From contig JAZOWK010000010.1 in assembly GCA_045659205.1 (NCBI GenBank), positions 30,405 through 94,404 on the forward strand: 64,000 nt of DNA, written 5' to 3'. The DNA comes from Faecousia sp. (lineage in GTDB: Bacteria > Bacillota > Clostridia > Oscillospirales > Oscillospiraceae). Numbering within the stretch: the stretch's first letter is position 1; every line of letters starts with the position of its first letter. This document shows positions 22,055-31,590 of this stretch, piece after piece. The notes below the pieces were generated by a model. That model made no database searches and had not been told where the DNA came from. It saw only the letters and a program-made list of their open reading frames with translations. A program made the position numbers and the translations under genes.

Positions 22055-23452
22055 ATGGCGTTTTCTCCTTTTTTGGAAAGCAAACGGCAGACCGTGAAAG
22101 CCCTGGTGGATGCGCTGCATAAAAGCTTTTCCTATGTAAGTGTTTTAGGTGTGGATGTGAAGACCACCACCATCCGTGTGGACAAAAAGAGTTCCACGAT
22201 TGCTCCCGGTCGGGACACAGAATGCGGCTTTGTGGTAAAGCTTAGTAACGGCCGCGGCTTTTTTGAGTATTCCCTGGATGATATTTCCGGTGATGCAGAC
22301 GCACTGGCTGCGCGGATCGCAGGCGCGTTCTGCGTTCCGGAGGATGCCGATTGGGTAGACCCTGTGACCCTTACTGATGAGCCGCTGGTAAAATCCTTTG
22401 TAAGAGAAAGCGATTTTGATGCTTACTCCCAGGAGCAGCTGCTGGCTTTCTGCAAAGAGCAGTGCAGCGCCCTTGCACAAAGAAGTGAGTTTGTTCTTAA
22501 TGCCATGGTTGGTTTGGGCCTTTTGGAAGTGAGCAAGCTTTTCATCTCCGTAAATCGGGAGCTGGACCAGCATTATACCTGGGTCAACGGACATTTGGTG
22601 CTTGTTTACCGGGAGAATGATAAGGTGGTGCAGGTTCGGGAGGGCGCGGACAGCAACCGGATCGAAAATGTGCTGCGGGATCTGCCCGGTAAAGCAGATA
22701 AGCTTTTCCTCAAGGCCCATAAGCTTACTCTTGCAGGGCCCGTTGAGCCCGGCATTTACGATGTGATCACCGATCCTTCCATTACAGGCCTGATTGCCCA
22801 CGAGGCTTTCGGTCACGGTGTGGAGATGGATCAGTTCGTCAAGGACAGAGCTTTGGCCAAGGAATATGTGGGCAAGTATGTGGCTTCTCCCATTTGCAAT
22901 ATGCGCGATGGCGCAGCCAGCACCTTGAGCGCGGCATCTTATTTCTTTGACGATGACGGTGTGCTGGCAGGAGATACCCAGATCATTAAGGATGGTATTC
23001 TTGTTACCGGTATTTCTGACTTGGCATCTGCCACCCAGCTGGGCCTTGCGCCCACCGGCAACGGCCGTCGGGAATCCACCCGCAGAAAGGCCTATGCCCG
23101 TATGACCAATACCTTCTTTGAGAAGGGTACGGACAAGCTGGAGGATATGATTGCATCCATTAAACACGGCTATATGCTGTTTGAGACCAACAACGGTATG
23201 GAAGACCCCAAAAACTGGGCCATCCAGTGCGTAGCTGAATACGGCATCGAGATCGTGGATGGCAAGCTGACGGAAAATTATGTTTCTCCCGTGGTTATGA
23301 GCGGATATGTACCGGATCTGCTGAAGTCTATTTCTATGATCTCTGATGATTTCCAGGTCATCGGCTCCGGTAGCTGCGGCAAGGGTTATAAAGAGTGGGT
23401 CCGTGTCAGCGACGGCGGCCCTGCGTTGAAAGCGAAGGTGAAATTGGGATGA
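22055..23452 (+). CDS. TldD family metalloprotease
   Basis: HEAFGH (HExxGH), DDDG, TGNGRR, RMTNT, CGKG, GGP. Confidence 0.88.
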   Translation: MAFSPFLESKRQTVKALVDALHKSFSYVSVLGVDVKTTTIRVDKKSSTIAPGRDTECGFVVKLSNGRGFFEYSLDDISGDADALAARIAGAFCVPEDADWVDPVTLTDEPLVKSFVRESDFDAYSQEQLLAFCKEQCSALAQRSEFVLNAMVGLGLLEVSKLFISVNRELDQHYTWVNGHLVLVYRENDKVVQVREGADSNRIENVLRDLPGKADKLFLKAHKLTLAGPVEPGIYDVITDPSITGLIAHEAFGHGVEMDQFVKDRALAKEYVGKYVASPICNMRDGAASTLSAASYFFDDDGVLAGDTQIIKDGILVTGISDLASATQLGLAPTGNGRRESTRRKAYARMTNTFFEKGTDKLEDMIASIKHGYMLFETNNGMEDPKNWAIQCVAEYGIEIVDGKLTENYVSPVVMSGYVPDLLKSISMISDDFQVIGSGSCGKGYKEWVRVSDGGPALKAKVKLG

Positions 23453-24723
23453 ATGAGATCATTGCGTTATTAAATGCCCATCCGGAAGTGGATGATTATA
23501 AGATCAATATCCGCAGAAAAGAAAGCGACGAGCGCTTTTTTGTAAAGGGCAAGCTGGAAACGGTGCGCCATACAGATACCTGCGATAAAGAAGTCACTGT
23601 CTATGTGAATCACGGAGAATTCAAGGGTGATTCCCAGTTTTTGGTATATCCGTCCACAACTGCGGAACAGCTTAAGGAACTGATCGATCAGGCGGTCCAA
23701 AAGGCTAAGCTAATTCAAAATCAGATGTATACTTTGCCTGATGGCGAACAGGGTGAATATGCTGTTCCCAGCAATTTTGCAGATATGGATGTAAACACTT
23801 TGATGAATGCAGTTTGCAATGCTGTGTTTTCTGCAAATGACCTGGAAAATGCGGACCTGAACTCTGTAGAGGTGTTTATTAACCGTCATACCGGAACGGT
23901 TATCAACAGCAAGGGTATGCATAAGACCCAGGTTCGGTATGATGCTATGGTGGAGGCGATCCCCACTTATAATGGAGAAAGCCAAAGCGTGGAGCTTTAT
24001 CAGCAGTATAACTTCAGTGATTATTCTGAAACTCAGATCCAAGCCGAGATCCGGGAAAAGCTGCAGGAGGTTAAGGCAAGATATGAAGCGGTAACGCCGG
24101 ATTTCCCCATAGATTGTAAAGTCATCCTCAATAAGCTGGAGATTAGCGAGCTGATGGGCAATATCGTTTACGATCTGAACTATGCCGCTGTGTATGCTCA
24201 CGCCAATCTGTTTAAGAAGGGCGATGAGGTGCAAAAAGCACCGGCAGGGGATAAGCTGCAGATCTTTATGGAAGGCGCATACAGAGGCAGCACCGCCAGC
24301 GCCTGCTTTGACGCAGACGGTTTGCCCTTGAATGGCATTCAAGTGGTTAAAGACGGTGTTGCTGTGAATTACTATGGCGCAAATCGGCACGGTCAGTACT
24401 TGGGTGAAAAGCCCACCGGCAGCTTGCCCATCGCGCGTGTAGAGCCGGGCAGCGTTCAGGCGGAAGAATTGCAGAAAGGGCCTTACCTTGAAGTTATCTC
24501 TATGTCCGGCTTGCAGGTGGATTTCTATAACGATTATATCGGCGGTGAAGTGCGTCTTGCTTACTATAATGATGGCAGCAAGATCGTTCCCGTAACCGGT
24601 ATTTCCATCACCGGCTCTGCATCCAAGGTACTCTCCGGCATCCGCCTTTCCAATGAGATTGCTGTTTCCGGCCGTTACGCAGGCCCTCATAAGGCGATCC
24701 TGGAGGACATGAAGATCTTCTGA
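23449..24723 (+). CDS. PmbA/TldE-like partner protein
   Basis: ATGA-coupled to the TldD gene; FDADG motif; no HExxH. Confidence 0.75.
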   Translation: MNEIIALLNAHPEVDDYKINIRRKESDERFFVKGKLETVRHTDTCDKEVTVYVNHGEFKGDSQFLVYPSTTAEQLKELIDQAVQKAKLIQNQMYTLPDGEQGEYAVPSNFADMDVNTLMNAVCNAVFSANDLENADLNSVEVFINRHTGTVINSKGMHKTQVRYDAMVEAIPTYNGESQSVELYQQYNFSDYSETQIQAEIREKLQEVKARYEAVTPDFPIDCKVILNKLEISELMGNIVYDLNYAAVYAHANLFKKGDEVQKAPAGDKLQIFMEGAYRGSTASACFDADGLPLNGIQVVKDGVAVNYYGANRHGQYLGEKPTGSLPIARVEPGSVQAEELQKGPYLEVISMSGLQVDFYNDYIGGEVRLAYYNDGSKIVPVTGISITGSASKVLSGIRLSNEIAVSGRYAGPHKAILEDMKIF

Positions 24724-24790
24724 TGTGGGCAGGCAAAGCGAAAGTCAGTGTTTAGGATTGCGCCCGAGCAGGTGTTCATATTGAAAATGC

Positions 24791-24822
24791 AAAAGAAGCA
24801 GGTCAAAAGACCTGCTTCTTTT
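24791..24822. terminator. Bidirectional intrinsic terminator
   Basis: AAAAGAAGCAGGTC-aaaa-GACCTGCTTCTTTT. Confidence 0.85.
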
Positions 24823-24826
24823 TGTT

Positions 24827-25546
24827 TTAGCAATGTTCCCAAATGTAATTGACGATAGGGGTGTTGTCCTCGATCAATCCGTGGGGATGATGACCCCGGT
24901 TGCCTGCCCGAATAACGGTCAGCAGGTCAGTTCCTTCCATGGCTTGCTCCATTAAAAGACCGTTTTTGTTGTAAAAGACGGTGCTGTCCTCATTGCCGTA
25001 AACCATCAGCACGGGAATGCGGTTTTCAATGATGGTATCTACATAGCACAGGGGATGATTGGGGAAGTTCATCAGCTGATAGCGCTTTAGATTGGGGTAT
25101 GCATTGGGGAATTCTTCTGCCCATACCTTTTCGCAGTGGGCATCGCCCATTCTGCCGGGATAGTCGCTGAAGTTAAGCACAGGTGCATCAATCCACATGC
25201 AGCTGACCAGCTCCGGGTGGTGGCCGGCAAAACAAACTGCGTGGGCGCCGCCGCAGCTCATACCGATGGGTACGCACTTTTTGCTCAGGTTATATTTTTC
25301 AGCCAGGTAGCAGACTAAGCGTCCCTTCCGGTCGCAATCATCCTTTGTACCAAAGCGGGTGCGGCTTTTGATGTAGGCAAGGTGAAAGCCCTTGTCCAAA
25401 AGCTTCATCTCTACATCCGGGAAAGCGTTCCAGTACAGAGTTTTAAAAGCCAGCTTACCAATAGGCTCAACAGAGGGGAATACTACGATCGCCTCATAGT
25501 CCTCAAACATAAATTTTTCGCAGTTATAGCCGTTCCACTTTTCCAT
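24827..25546 (-). CDS. Alpha/beta hydrolase
   Basis: GMSCGG nucleophile elbow, GNEDSTV, GHHPH. Confidence 0.8.
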   Translation of the reverse strand: MEKWNGYNCEKFMFEDYEAIVVFPSVEPIGKLAFKTLYWNAFPDVEMKLLDKGFHLAYIKSRTRFGTKDDCDRKGRLVCYLAEKYNLSKKCVPIGMSCGGAHAVCFAGHHPELVSCMWIDAPVLNFSDYPGRMGDAHCEKVWAEEFPNAYPNLKRYQLMNFPNHPLCYVDTIIENRIPVLMVYGNEDSTVFYNKNGLLMEQAMEGTDLLTVIRAGNRGHHPHGLIEDNTPIVNYIWEHC

Positions 25547-25653
25547 AATTTACCTCCGTTTTGCGGTGTAATTGTTATGAATATTATAAAAGTAAAAAGA
25601 TGAATTTGCAATATACGGATTTGATATTTTATAGGTTTGCGACTTTTTTAATT

Positions 25654-26172
25654 TTAGCGACCTCTATATTCCTGTTTTAAGATCTCAGCCATTTCTTCCG
25701 GCGATTCCTGGCAACCACCTGCGAGCCACATTTTGATGATCGCATTCAGACCGTTTCTGAAAAATTCGATGTGATACTTGATATTACTGTCCATATGCTC
25801 CACCTGTGCACGTTTCGTATCATATGTGGAAATAAGATGACTATCGTCATAACACAGCTTGAAATAGGTCTTGTAAAATAGCTGATTTTCTTTGATATGC
25901 GTAAACATTTTCAGCGCGCCGCTGCGCTCATTAAAATAATCGTAATCCGCAAACAAATTGCTGAAATCATTTTCCAGTGTTTTTCTTGTCTTATCGGCAA
26001 GGTCAAATATATCAATATAATTGGCATAGAAGGTGCTTCGGTTAAGTCCTGTGTTTTTGATGATATCCGAAATGGTTATTTCTTTGATCTGACGGGTTTG
26101 CAGAAGTTCTATAAATGCTTTTTCAATTTTCTCTTGAGATTCTCTGCGGCGTTTGTTGTTTTTAACATTCAT
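25654..26172 (-). CDS. TetR/AcrR family regulator
   Basis: ITISDII..TGLNRSTFYANY helix-turn-helix. Confidence 0.9.
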   Translation of the reverse strand: MNVKNNKRRRESQEKIEKAFIELLQTRQIKEITISDIIKNTGLNRSTFYANYIDIFDLADKTRKTLENDFSNLFADYDYFNERSGALKMFTHIKENQLFYKTYFKLCYDDSHLISTYDTKRAQVEHMDSNIKYHIEFFRNGLNAIIKMWLAGGCQESPEEMAEILKQEYRGR

Positions 26173-26188
26173 AATTTTCTCCATTATT

Positions 26189-26270
26189 CCAACACTTGTT
26201 ATCAAACTGACGATTGTTTCGTTTTTATAGAAATACTATACTATGATTGCAATAAAAACACAAGTGTTGG
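26189..26270. promoter_or_regulatory. Candidate TetR operators in divergent intergenic region
   Basis: CCAACACTTGT (26189-26199) and its reverse complement ACAAGTGTTGG (26260-26270); each is itself partly palindromic. Confidence 0.6.
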
Positions 26271-26292
26271 TTTAATGAAAGGAGTTTGTAAA

Positions 26293-26661
26293 ATGAAAAA
26301 GAGTAGTTTTGTTGCACTGATAATGGGAACTGTTAGCGGAGTTCTGTTTTCTCTCGGCATGTGTATGGCGCTTTTGCCTGAATGGAATGCATTTATGGAA
26401 GGTGTTATTTTCGGCATCGTAGGATTGATCTTTGGTGCAATTACATTTCTTGTGTGGTGCAAGATGGAAAAGAAGTCTTTGCCGAAATGCAGCGGTAAGA
26501 ATATTCTTCGTGCTGTCTATACAATTGTTGCTGTTTTGGTGCTTGGCATTGGTATGTGTATGTGTCTTGTTTGGCAGCAAATTGTATGGGGTACACTTGT
26601 AGGCCTTTTGGGTATCATTATGCTGATCGCACTGATCCCGATGATTAAAGGCATCAAATGA
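26293..26661 (+). CDS. Small 4-TM membrane protein with internal duplication
   Basis: AAAGGAG RBS; LGMCMAL and IGMCMCL repeats. Confidence 0.7.
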   Translation: MKKSSFVALIMGTVSGVLFSLGMCMALLPEWNAFMEGVIFGIVGLIFGAITFLVWCKMEKKSLPKCSGKNILRAVYTIVAVLVLGIGMCMCLVWQQIVWGTLVGLLGIIMLIALIPMIKGIK

Positions 26662-27455
26662 AAGCACTCAGAATTGTCAAAAATCCGTATTTAGGTCTTG
26701 CTTTTAACTTTATATATGGTGCAGGAAACTGCGCCATAGGATTTACCGTGCATTCGTGGTGGTTTATCACAGTAGGCGCGTATTACTTAGTGCTTGCCAC
26801 CACGCGCTTTTCTGTTATCAGAGTAAAGCAAAAAGCAAACGGAAACAGGGATGAGGAAATGTTTGCAAAACGGATCACAGGCATTTTACTGCTTGTGCTG
26901 TCCGTCTGTCTAATAGGCGTTAATATATTGTGTGCACTAAAAGACCGTGGTACAAAATTCCATGAGATCGTAATGATCGCAATTGCGACCTACACCTTTA
27001 CGAAGATAACGATTGCAATTATTGGGCTGGTAAAATCAAAAGGACAAGCTTCGCCGATCATTGCTACCTTGCGAAATATATCCTTTGCCGATGCAGTTGT
27101 TTCAATCTACACATTGCAACGGTCAATGCTGGTATCCTTTCCCGGTATGACACCGGATGAAATTTTGATGTTCAATATTTTAACAGGAACTGCAGCCTGG
27201 ATCGTTGTACAGATTCTTGGAATCAACCTGATAGGAGGAAAATACGTAGATATGGTAAAATCAAAAATTGGTAAGGCAGTAAGCAGCAGTTACAAGACAA
27301 TCGAAAGAGGTGTCGTTGAAGGATATAAGAAAATCGAGAAGGGTGTTGTTAACGGCTATACGAAGATTGAGGATAAGTTTGTAGACGCTTACCTTACAAA
27401 AGACGGTGAAACCGTGGAAGAGGCCAAAGTGAGATTGAAGGGGAAGAATAAATAA
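26658..27455 (+). CDS. Multi-pass membrane protein with repetitive soluble C-terminal tail
   Basis: About 6 TMs; YKTIE/YKKIE/YTKIE repeats; ATGA overlap with upstream gene. Confidence 0.7.
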   Translation: MKALRIVKNPYLGLAFNFIYGAGNCAIGFTVHSWWFITVGAYYLVLATTRFSVIRVKQKANGNRDEEMFAKRITGILLLVLSVCLIGVNILCALKDRGTKFHEIVMIAIATYTFTKITIAIIGLVKSKGQASPIIATLRNISFADAVVSIYTLQRSMLVSFPGMTPDEILMFNILTGTAAWIVVQILGINLIGGKYVDMVKSKIGKAVSSSYKTIERGVVEGYKKIEKGVVNGYTKIEDKFVDAYLTKDGETVEEAKVRLKGKNK

Positions 27456-27500
27456 AAAGGAAGATTTAGTTGAATGCTAAATTTGTGATTTTTAGAATGT

Positions 27501-27644
27501 GGATGGTGGATTCGCTTTTCTGCGGAAAAGCCAGGTTGGTTGCGACAGTCCACTGGACTGTCGCCAAGAGCCGCCTTTCGAATCCACCATCCAAATACCC
27601 ATACCAAAACAAAAAAGACATCCTTACGGATGTCTTTTTTGTTT
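27501..27644. repeat. tRNA-3'-mirror structured element (Tyr copy) including terminator
   Basis: GGATGGTGGATTCG..hairpins..CGAATCCACCATCC; inverted copy of tRNA-Tyr 3' end at 27577-27606; hairpin GCGACAGTCC-act-GGACTGTCGC. Confidence 0.7.
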
Positions 27645-27729
27645 TGGTGGGGGATGGTGGATTCGAACCACCGAAGGCATAGCCAGCAGATTTACAGTCT
27701 GTCCCCTTTGGCCACTCGGGAAATCCCCC
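27645..27729 (-). tRNA. tRNA-Tyr(GTA)
   Basis: GGGGGAT/ATCCCCC acceptor, CTGTAAA anticodon loop, long variable arm, GGTTCGAATCC, CCA. Confidence 0.96.
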
Positions 27730-27748
27730 ATATTCAATTCTATCTGAA

Positions 27749-27824
27749 TGGAGCCGGTAGACGGACTCGAACCCCCGACCTGCTGATTACAAATCAGCTG
27801 CTCTACCAACTGAGCTATACCGGC
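27749..27824 (-). tRNA. tRNA-Thr(TGT)
   Basis: GCCGGTA/TACCGGC acceptor, TTTGTAA loop, GGTTCGAGTCC, CCA. Confidence 0.96.
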
Positions 27825-27844
27825 GGCTCAAACAGAACACGCTT

Positions 27845-27873
27845 ATTATAGCCATCGGGTGCAGGTTTGTCAA
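27845..27873 (-). promoter_or_regulatory. Sigma70/SigA promoter of the tRNA-Thr/Tyr operon
   Basis: Perfect TTGACA-17 nt-TATAAT on the minus strand. Confidence 0.9.
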
Positions 27874-27998
27874 GCATTATTTTTTGCATTTTCTGTGGAT
27901 TTATTTTAGGCGATTTTTGATTCGTTTTTTATGTATATTGTCACTTGCGTATAGTGGGCGCATTTGCTACAATGTTTTTGAAAGATGGTGATATTTTT

Positions 27999-28502
27999 AT
28001 GTGTAAAGAAACCGCATATTTTGCCGGCGGCTGCTTTTGGTGCATCACGCCCACTTTTAAAGAAACACCGGGTGTTTTGGATGTGGTAAGCGGCTATTCC
28101 GGTGGTATTGAGGCAGCACCTTCTTATGAGGATGTAAAGCATCAGCGCACCGGCCATCGAGAGACTATTCGCATCGATTATCTGCCTGATCAAGTTTCTT
28201 ATGAGGAGCTGTTTCAGATCTTTTTAAGTGGAGTAGATCCTTTTGATCCTGATGGCCAGTTCATTGATAGGGGACACTCTTATACGCTTGCTGTATATTA
28301 TCTTTCTCAGACGCAGCGTGCGGTGGCAAAAGCTGGGATTCTGGCATTGGAACAAAGTTCCGGACAAAAGGTTTACATCAGCGTAGAGCCTTTCAGCGCC
28401 TTCTATACAGCAGAAGAGGAGCATCAGGACTATTATTTAAAGCATCCGGAAGAATTTAAGCAGGAGCTGATCGACTCCGGAAGGATCAGTAAAGGAGAAT
28501 AA
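27999..28502 (+). CDS. msrA: Peptide-methionine (S)-S-oxide reductase
   Basis: FAGGCFWC, SGYSGG, TGHRE, QFIDRG, AEEEHQDYY. Confidence 0.93.
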   Translation: MCKETAYFAGGCFWCITPTFKETPGVLDVVSGYSGGIEAAPSYEDVKHQRTGHRETIRIDYLPDQVSYEELFQIFLSGVDPFDPDGQFIDRGHSYTLAVYYLSQTQRAVAKAGILALEQSSGQKVYISVEPFSAFYTAEEEHQDYYLKHPEEFKQELIDSGRISKGE

Positions 28503-28503
28503 C

Positions 28504-28920
28504 ATGAAGCATTTACGTTTGTTGGTTGTTCTTTTATTGCTTTCTGTTTTATTTGCTGCCTGCAGCAGTACTCCGCAGGTAATGGATATTCGGGAAAAGA
28601 CTTTTGCTTGTGAAAGTGGCGGCTTTGGCTCAGATTTCACAATCTATTTTGGCGACGATGGCGTATTTCAGTATTATGAAGGCGGGCTTAGCAGCCATAT
28701 CGGCATGGGCAATTATGAAGTGGATGGAGATACGGTCATCTTAACTGAAATTATGCAAGGCAAGACCTGCACATTTTCCTTCCGTATCGGTGCAGAGGAT
28801 ATTACCTTTATAAAGGAAAGCTCTGATCGTTTTATGTATTTGGATATATCTGACGGAACGCGGTTTTATCATACCGAAAATGAACCAATATTTTATTTTG
28901 AAGGGAAGCCTTTTGAATGA
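28504..28920 (+). CDS. Putative lipoprotein
   Basis: Signal peptide with lipobox FAAC. Confidence 0.7.
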   Translation: MKHLRLLVVLLLLSVLFAACSSTPQVMDIREKTFACESGGFGSDFTIYFGDDGVFQYYEGGLSSHIGMGNYEVDGDTVILTEIMQGKTCTFSFRIGAEDITFIKESSDRFMYLDISDGTRFYHTENEPIFYFEGKPFE

Positions 28921-30254
28921 AAACAGGATTTGCAAAGATTTGTATCAATCCTCCTTATGGAACGCCTATGTGCGGCTATTATGAAAAACGTTTTGTTAAG
29001 GGCATCGCCGATGATCTTTTTGCCAGAGTTGTTGCCTTTGATGACGGTGAGAAAAAAGCGGCTGTGATCGCCCTGGATCTGTGCTATCTCGATCAGGAGC
29101 AGTTCGATGTTATAAAGAAAGCCATCACGGAAGCTACCGATCTTGATCAGAATGCGATCTTTATTACTTGCTCCCATACCCATACAGGCCCTGTTGTCGG
29201 TACGGACTTTGCATCAGACCGTTTCACCCCTGAGCATTATTTCCTTGGTATGGTGGATAAGGTGCGGGATGCTGTGGTTTATGCGCTGCAGGATATGAAG
29301 GAATCTTCCTTTGAAACAGCCCAGACACAGGCGAAGGGGATCTCTTTTATTCGCCGTTATCGGATGAAGGACGGTTCTGTTGCCACCAATCCCGGTGTGA
29401 ATAACCCTGATATCGACCATCCTTTGGGGCAGCCCAATGAAACCGTTAAGCTGGTAAAGATCATCCGGGAAGATGCCGATGATATCTTTGTGGTTAATTT
29501 CGGCACTCATCCTGACACAGTTGGCGGTGAGTATATCAGCGCAGACTATATGGGATATATGTGCGATATTATAGAGCGGGCTGTTCCCAATACCAAGTGT
29601 ATTTTCCTGCAGGGCGCACAGGGCGATGTTAACCATGTTAATGTTGCACCTACTCCTGCTGAAAGCGCGATCTCTGTCATTGATTTTGACAGCGTTCCCA
29701 GAAGCCTGAAGCACACGGAATATATGGGCCGTGTCCTTGCCGGTGCGGTGCTTTCCGTTTGCTCTGTGACAGAGCCGATCACTGCGGATAAGATTACTTA
29801 TGGCGGTAAGCGTGTGGATCTGCCTTCTCATCAGGAAAACCACCGCTTGGAGGAAGCTAGAAAAATCCATGATTTGTATACTGCCGGTCGTGCCCATGAG
29901 CTGCCTTATAAAGAAATGGCGCTGACGACAGTTGTGGCGGAGGCAAAGCGGATCATTACTTTGGAAAACGGCCCTGCATCTTTCCCGTTCTTCCTGTCTG
30001 CAGTGAAGGTGGGCGAGCTGGTGTTTGCTGGCATTGGCGGCGAGCCTTTTACTGAGCTTGGCAACCGCATCAAAGATGCATCTGTCTTTAAAGAAACGAT
30101 CCTGTGTTGTTTGACGAATAGCGCAGGCGGTTACATTCCAACAAGCAAGGCCTATGAGGAAGGCGGTTATGAAGCAAGGGCTTCCAAACTCAAGCCCGGC
30201 GGCGATGATATTATTGCTGCGGGAATGCAGGAGCTTCTGAAATCTCTGAAATAA
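28917..30254 (+). CDS. Neutral/alkaline ceramidase-like N-terminal domain protein
   Basis: GFAKICINP, DDLFAR, CSHTHTGP, NFGTHP, ISADY, GAQGD, GYIP..AYEEGGYE. Confidence 0.75.
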   Translation: MKTGFAKICINPPYGTPMCGYYEKRFVKGIADDLFARVVAFDDGEKKAAVIALDLCYLDQEQFDVIKKAITEATDLDQNAIFITCSHTHTGPVVGTDFASDRFTPEHYFLGMVDKVRDAVVYALQDMKESSFETAQTQAKGISFIRRYRMKDGSVATNPGVNNPDIDHPLGQPNETVKLVKIIREDADDIFVVNFGTHPDTVGGEYISADYMGYMCDIIERAVPNTKCIFLQGAQGDVNHVNVAPTPAESAISVIDFDSVPRSLKHTEYMGRVLAGAVLSVCSVTEPITADKITYGGKRVDLPSHQENHRLEEARKIHDLYTAGRAHELPYKEMALTTVVAEAKRIITLENGPASFPFFLSAVKVGELVFAGIGGEPFTELGNRIKDASVFKETILCCLTNSAGGYIPTSKAYEEGGYEARASKLKPGGDDIIAAGMQELLKSLK

Positions 30255-30258
30255 TCAC

Positions 30259-30290
30259 AAAACAGGCATCCTGAGGATGCCTGTTTTTTT
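30259..30290 (+). terminator. Intrinsic terminator
   Basis: AAACAGGCATCC-tga-GGATGCCTGTTTTTTT. Confidence 0.8.
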
Positions 30291-30375
30291 ATATTTTGCC
30301 TATTGCACCGCCCAATTTTGGATGCTATAATGCAAGCATACGGGGGAGGCCCTCGTAATAAGAAAGGAGAAGTAT

Positions 30376-31455
30376 TTGAACAAAGAAAGCAAGAAGGGGA
30401 GCCTAAATGCGATCCTTCGAAAGTATGCAAAACGGTATTTTATTGACGCAATGGGCGCTATGGCAAACGGTTTGTTTGCATCGCTGCTTATGGGCACCAT
30501 TATCAAGACCCTGGGTCAGCAGCTTATGGGCATTGCCTGGCTGCAGGGCTTTGCCGGTGTCCTGGTAGAGGTGGGAACATTTGCCTCCGGCGCAGATGGC
30601 TGCGCTATGGCCATCGCCATCGGTTATGCCCTGAAGGCTCATCCGTTGGTGCTGTTTTCCCTGGCAGCGGTAGGTCACGCTACCAAGGCGCTGGGCGGCG
30701 CAGGCGGCCCGTTGGCTGTGCTGGTGGTTGCCATCGTTGCAGCTGAAATCGGCATGCTGGTGAGCAAGAAAACGAAGATAGATGTGCTGGTAACACCGCT
30801 GGTCACTATCCTTGTTGGTTGCGGCCTGGCTCTTTTGATCGCCCAGCCCATCGGTGAAGGTGCAAAGGCGCTTGGCGAGATCATTCGCTGGGCAACCCAT
30901 CAGCAACCGCTCATTATGGGTATTGTGATCTCTGTGGTGATGGGTATGATCCTGACGCTGCCTATCAGCTCTGCGGCTATTTGTGCCGGCTTGGGGCTTA
31001 CCGGGCTTGCAGGCGGTGCGGCAGTTGCCGGCTGCTGCGCCCAGATGATCGGCTTTGCGGTGATCTCGTTCCGTGAGAACCGTTGGGGCGGTTTGGTGGC
31101 CCAAGGTTTGGGTACATCTATGCTCCAAGTACCGAATATCTTCAAAAATCCCCGGATTTGGATTGCACCTACGCTGGCATCTGCCATTACCGGTCCGTTG
31201 GCGACGATGTTGTTCCGTTTGGAAATGAACGGCGCTGCGGTATCCAGCGGTATGGGTACTTGCGGTATGGTTGGCCCGATTGGTGTAATATCTGGCTGGT
31301 TTGCGCCTGAGTCTGTATTCACGCCCGGCGCGTTGGATTGGATCGGCTTGGTGCTGATTTGCATTGTGCTTCCTGCCGTGCTCAGCTGGCTGATCAACTT
31401 AGGGCTGCGTAAGCTTGGCTGGGTCAAGGATGGAGATATGAAGCTTTCTGTTTGA
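30376..31455 (+). CDS. PTS EIIC-like (PTS_EIIC_2) membrane protein
   Basis: AMANGLFASL, LPISSAA, GLGTSMLQVPNI, SGMGTCG. Confidence 0.8.
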   Translation: MNKESKKGSLNAILRKYAKRYFIDAMGAMANGLFASLLMGTIIKTLGQQLMGIAWLQGFAGVLVEVGTFASGADGCAMAIAIGYALKAHPLVLFSLAAVGHATKALGGAGGPLAVLVVAIVAAEIGMLVSKKTKIDVLVTPLVTILVGCGLALLIAQPIGEGAKALGEIIRWATHQQPLIMGIVISVVMGMILTLPISSAAICAGLGLTGLAGGAAVAGCCAQMIGFAVISFRENRWGGLVAQGLGTSMLQVPNIFKNPRIWIAPTLASAITGPLATMLFRLEMNGAAVSSGMGTCGMVGPIGVISGWFAPESVFTPGALDWIGLVLICIVLPAVLSWLINLGLRKLGWVKDGDMKLSV

Positions 31456-31590
31456 TACATTTGGTGCGTTTTCCGTTTTTCGGAAAACGCACCTTTTTTA
31501 TTAAATTTCCGTAAAAAGGGTGTGTGCATATAGCATTGTTCCAAAATTTATGATACAATTCCAAATAGAAACTTTTAATGTGGTGATTTT

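Noticed and set aside
22055-24723. TldD/PmbA pair as part of a RiPP cluster
   Set aside because: No precursor peptide, modification enzyme or exporter is nearby.
27470-27851. Short ORFs over the tRNA-Tyr/Thr region, and those over 37607-38262
   Set aside because: They overlap tRNAs, palindromic elements or the integrase and have no coding signal.
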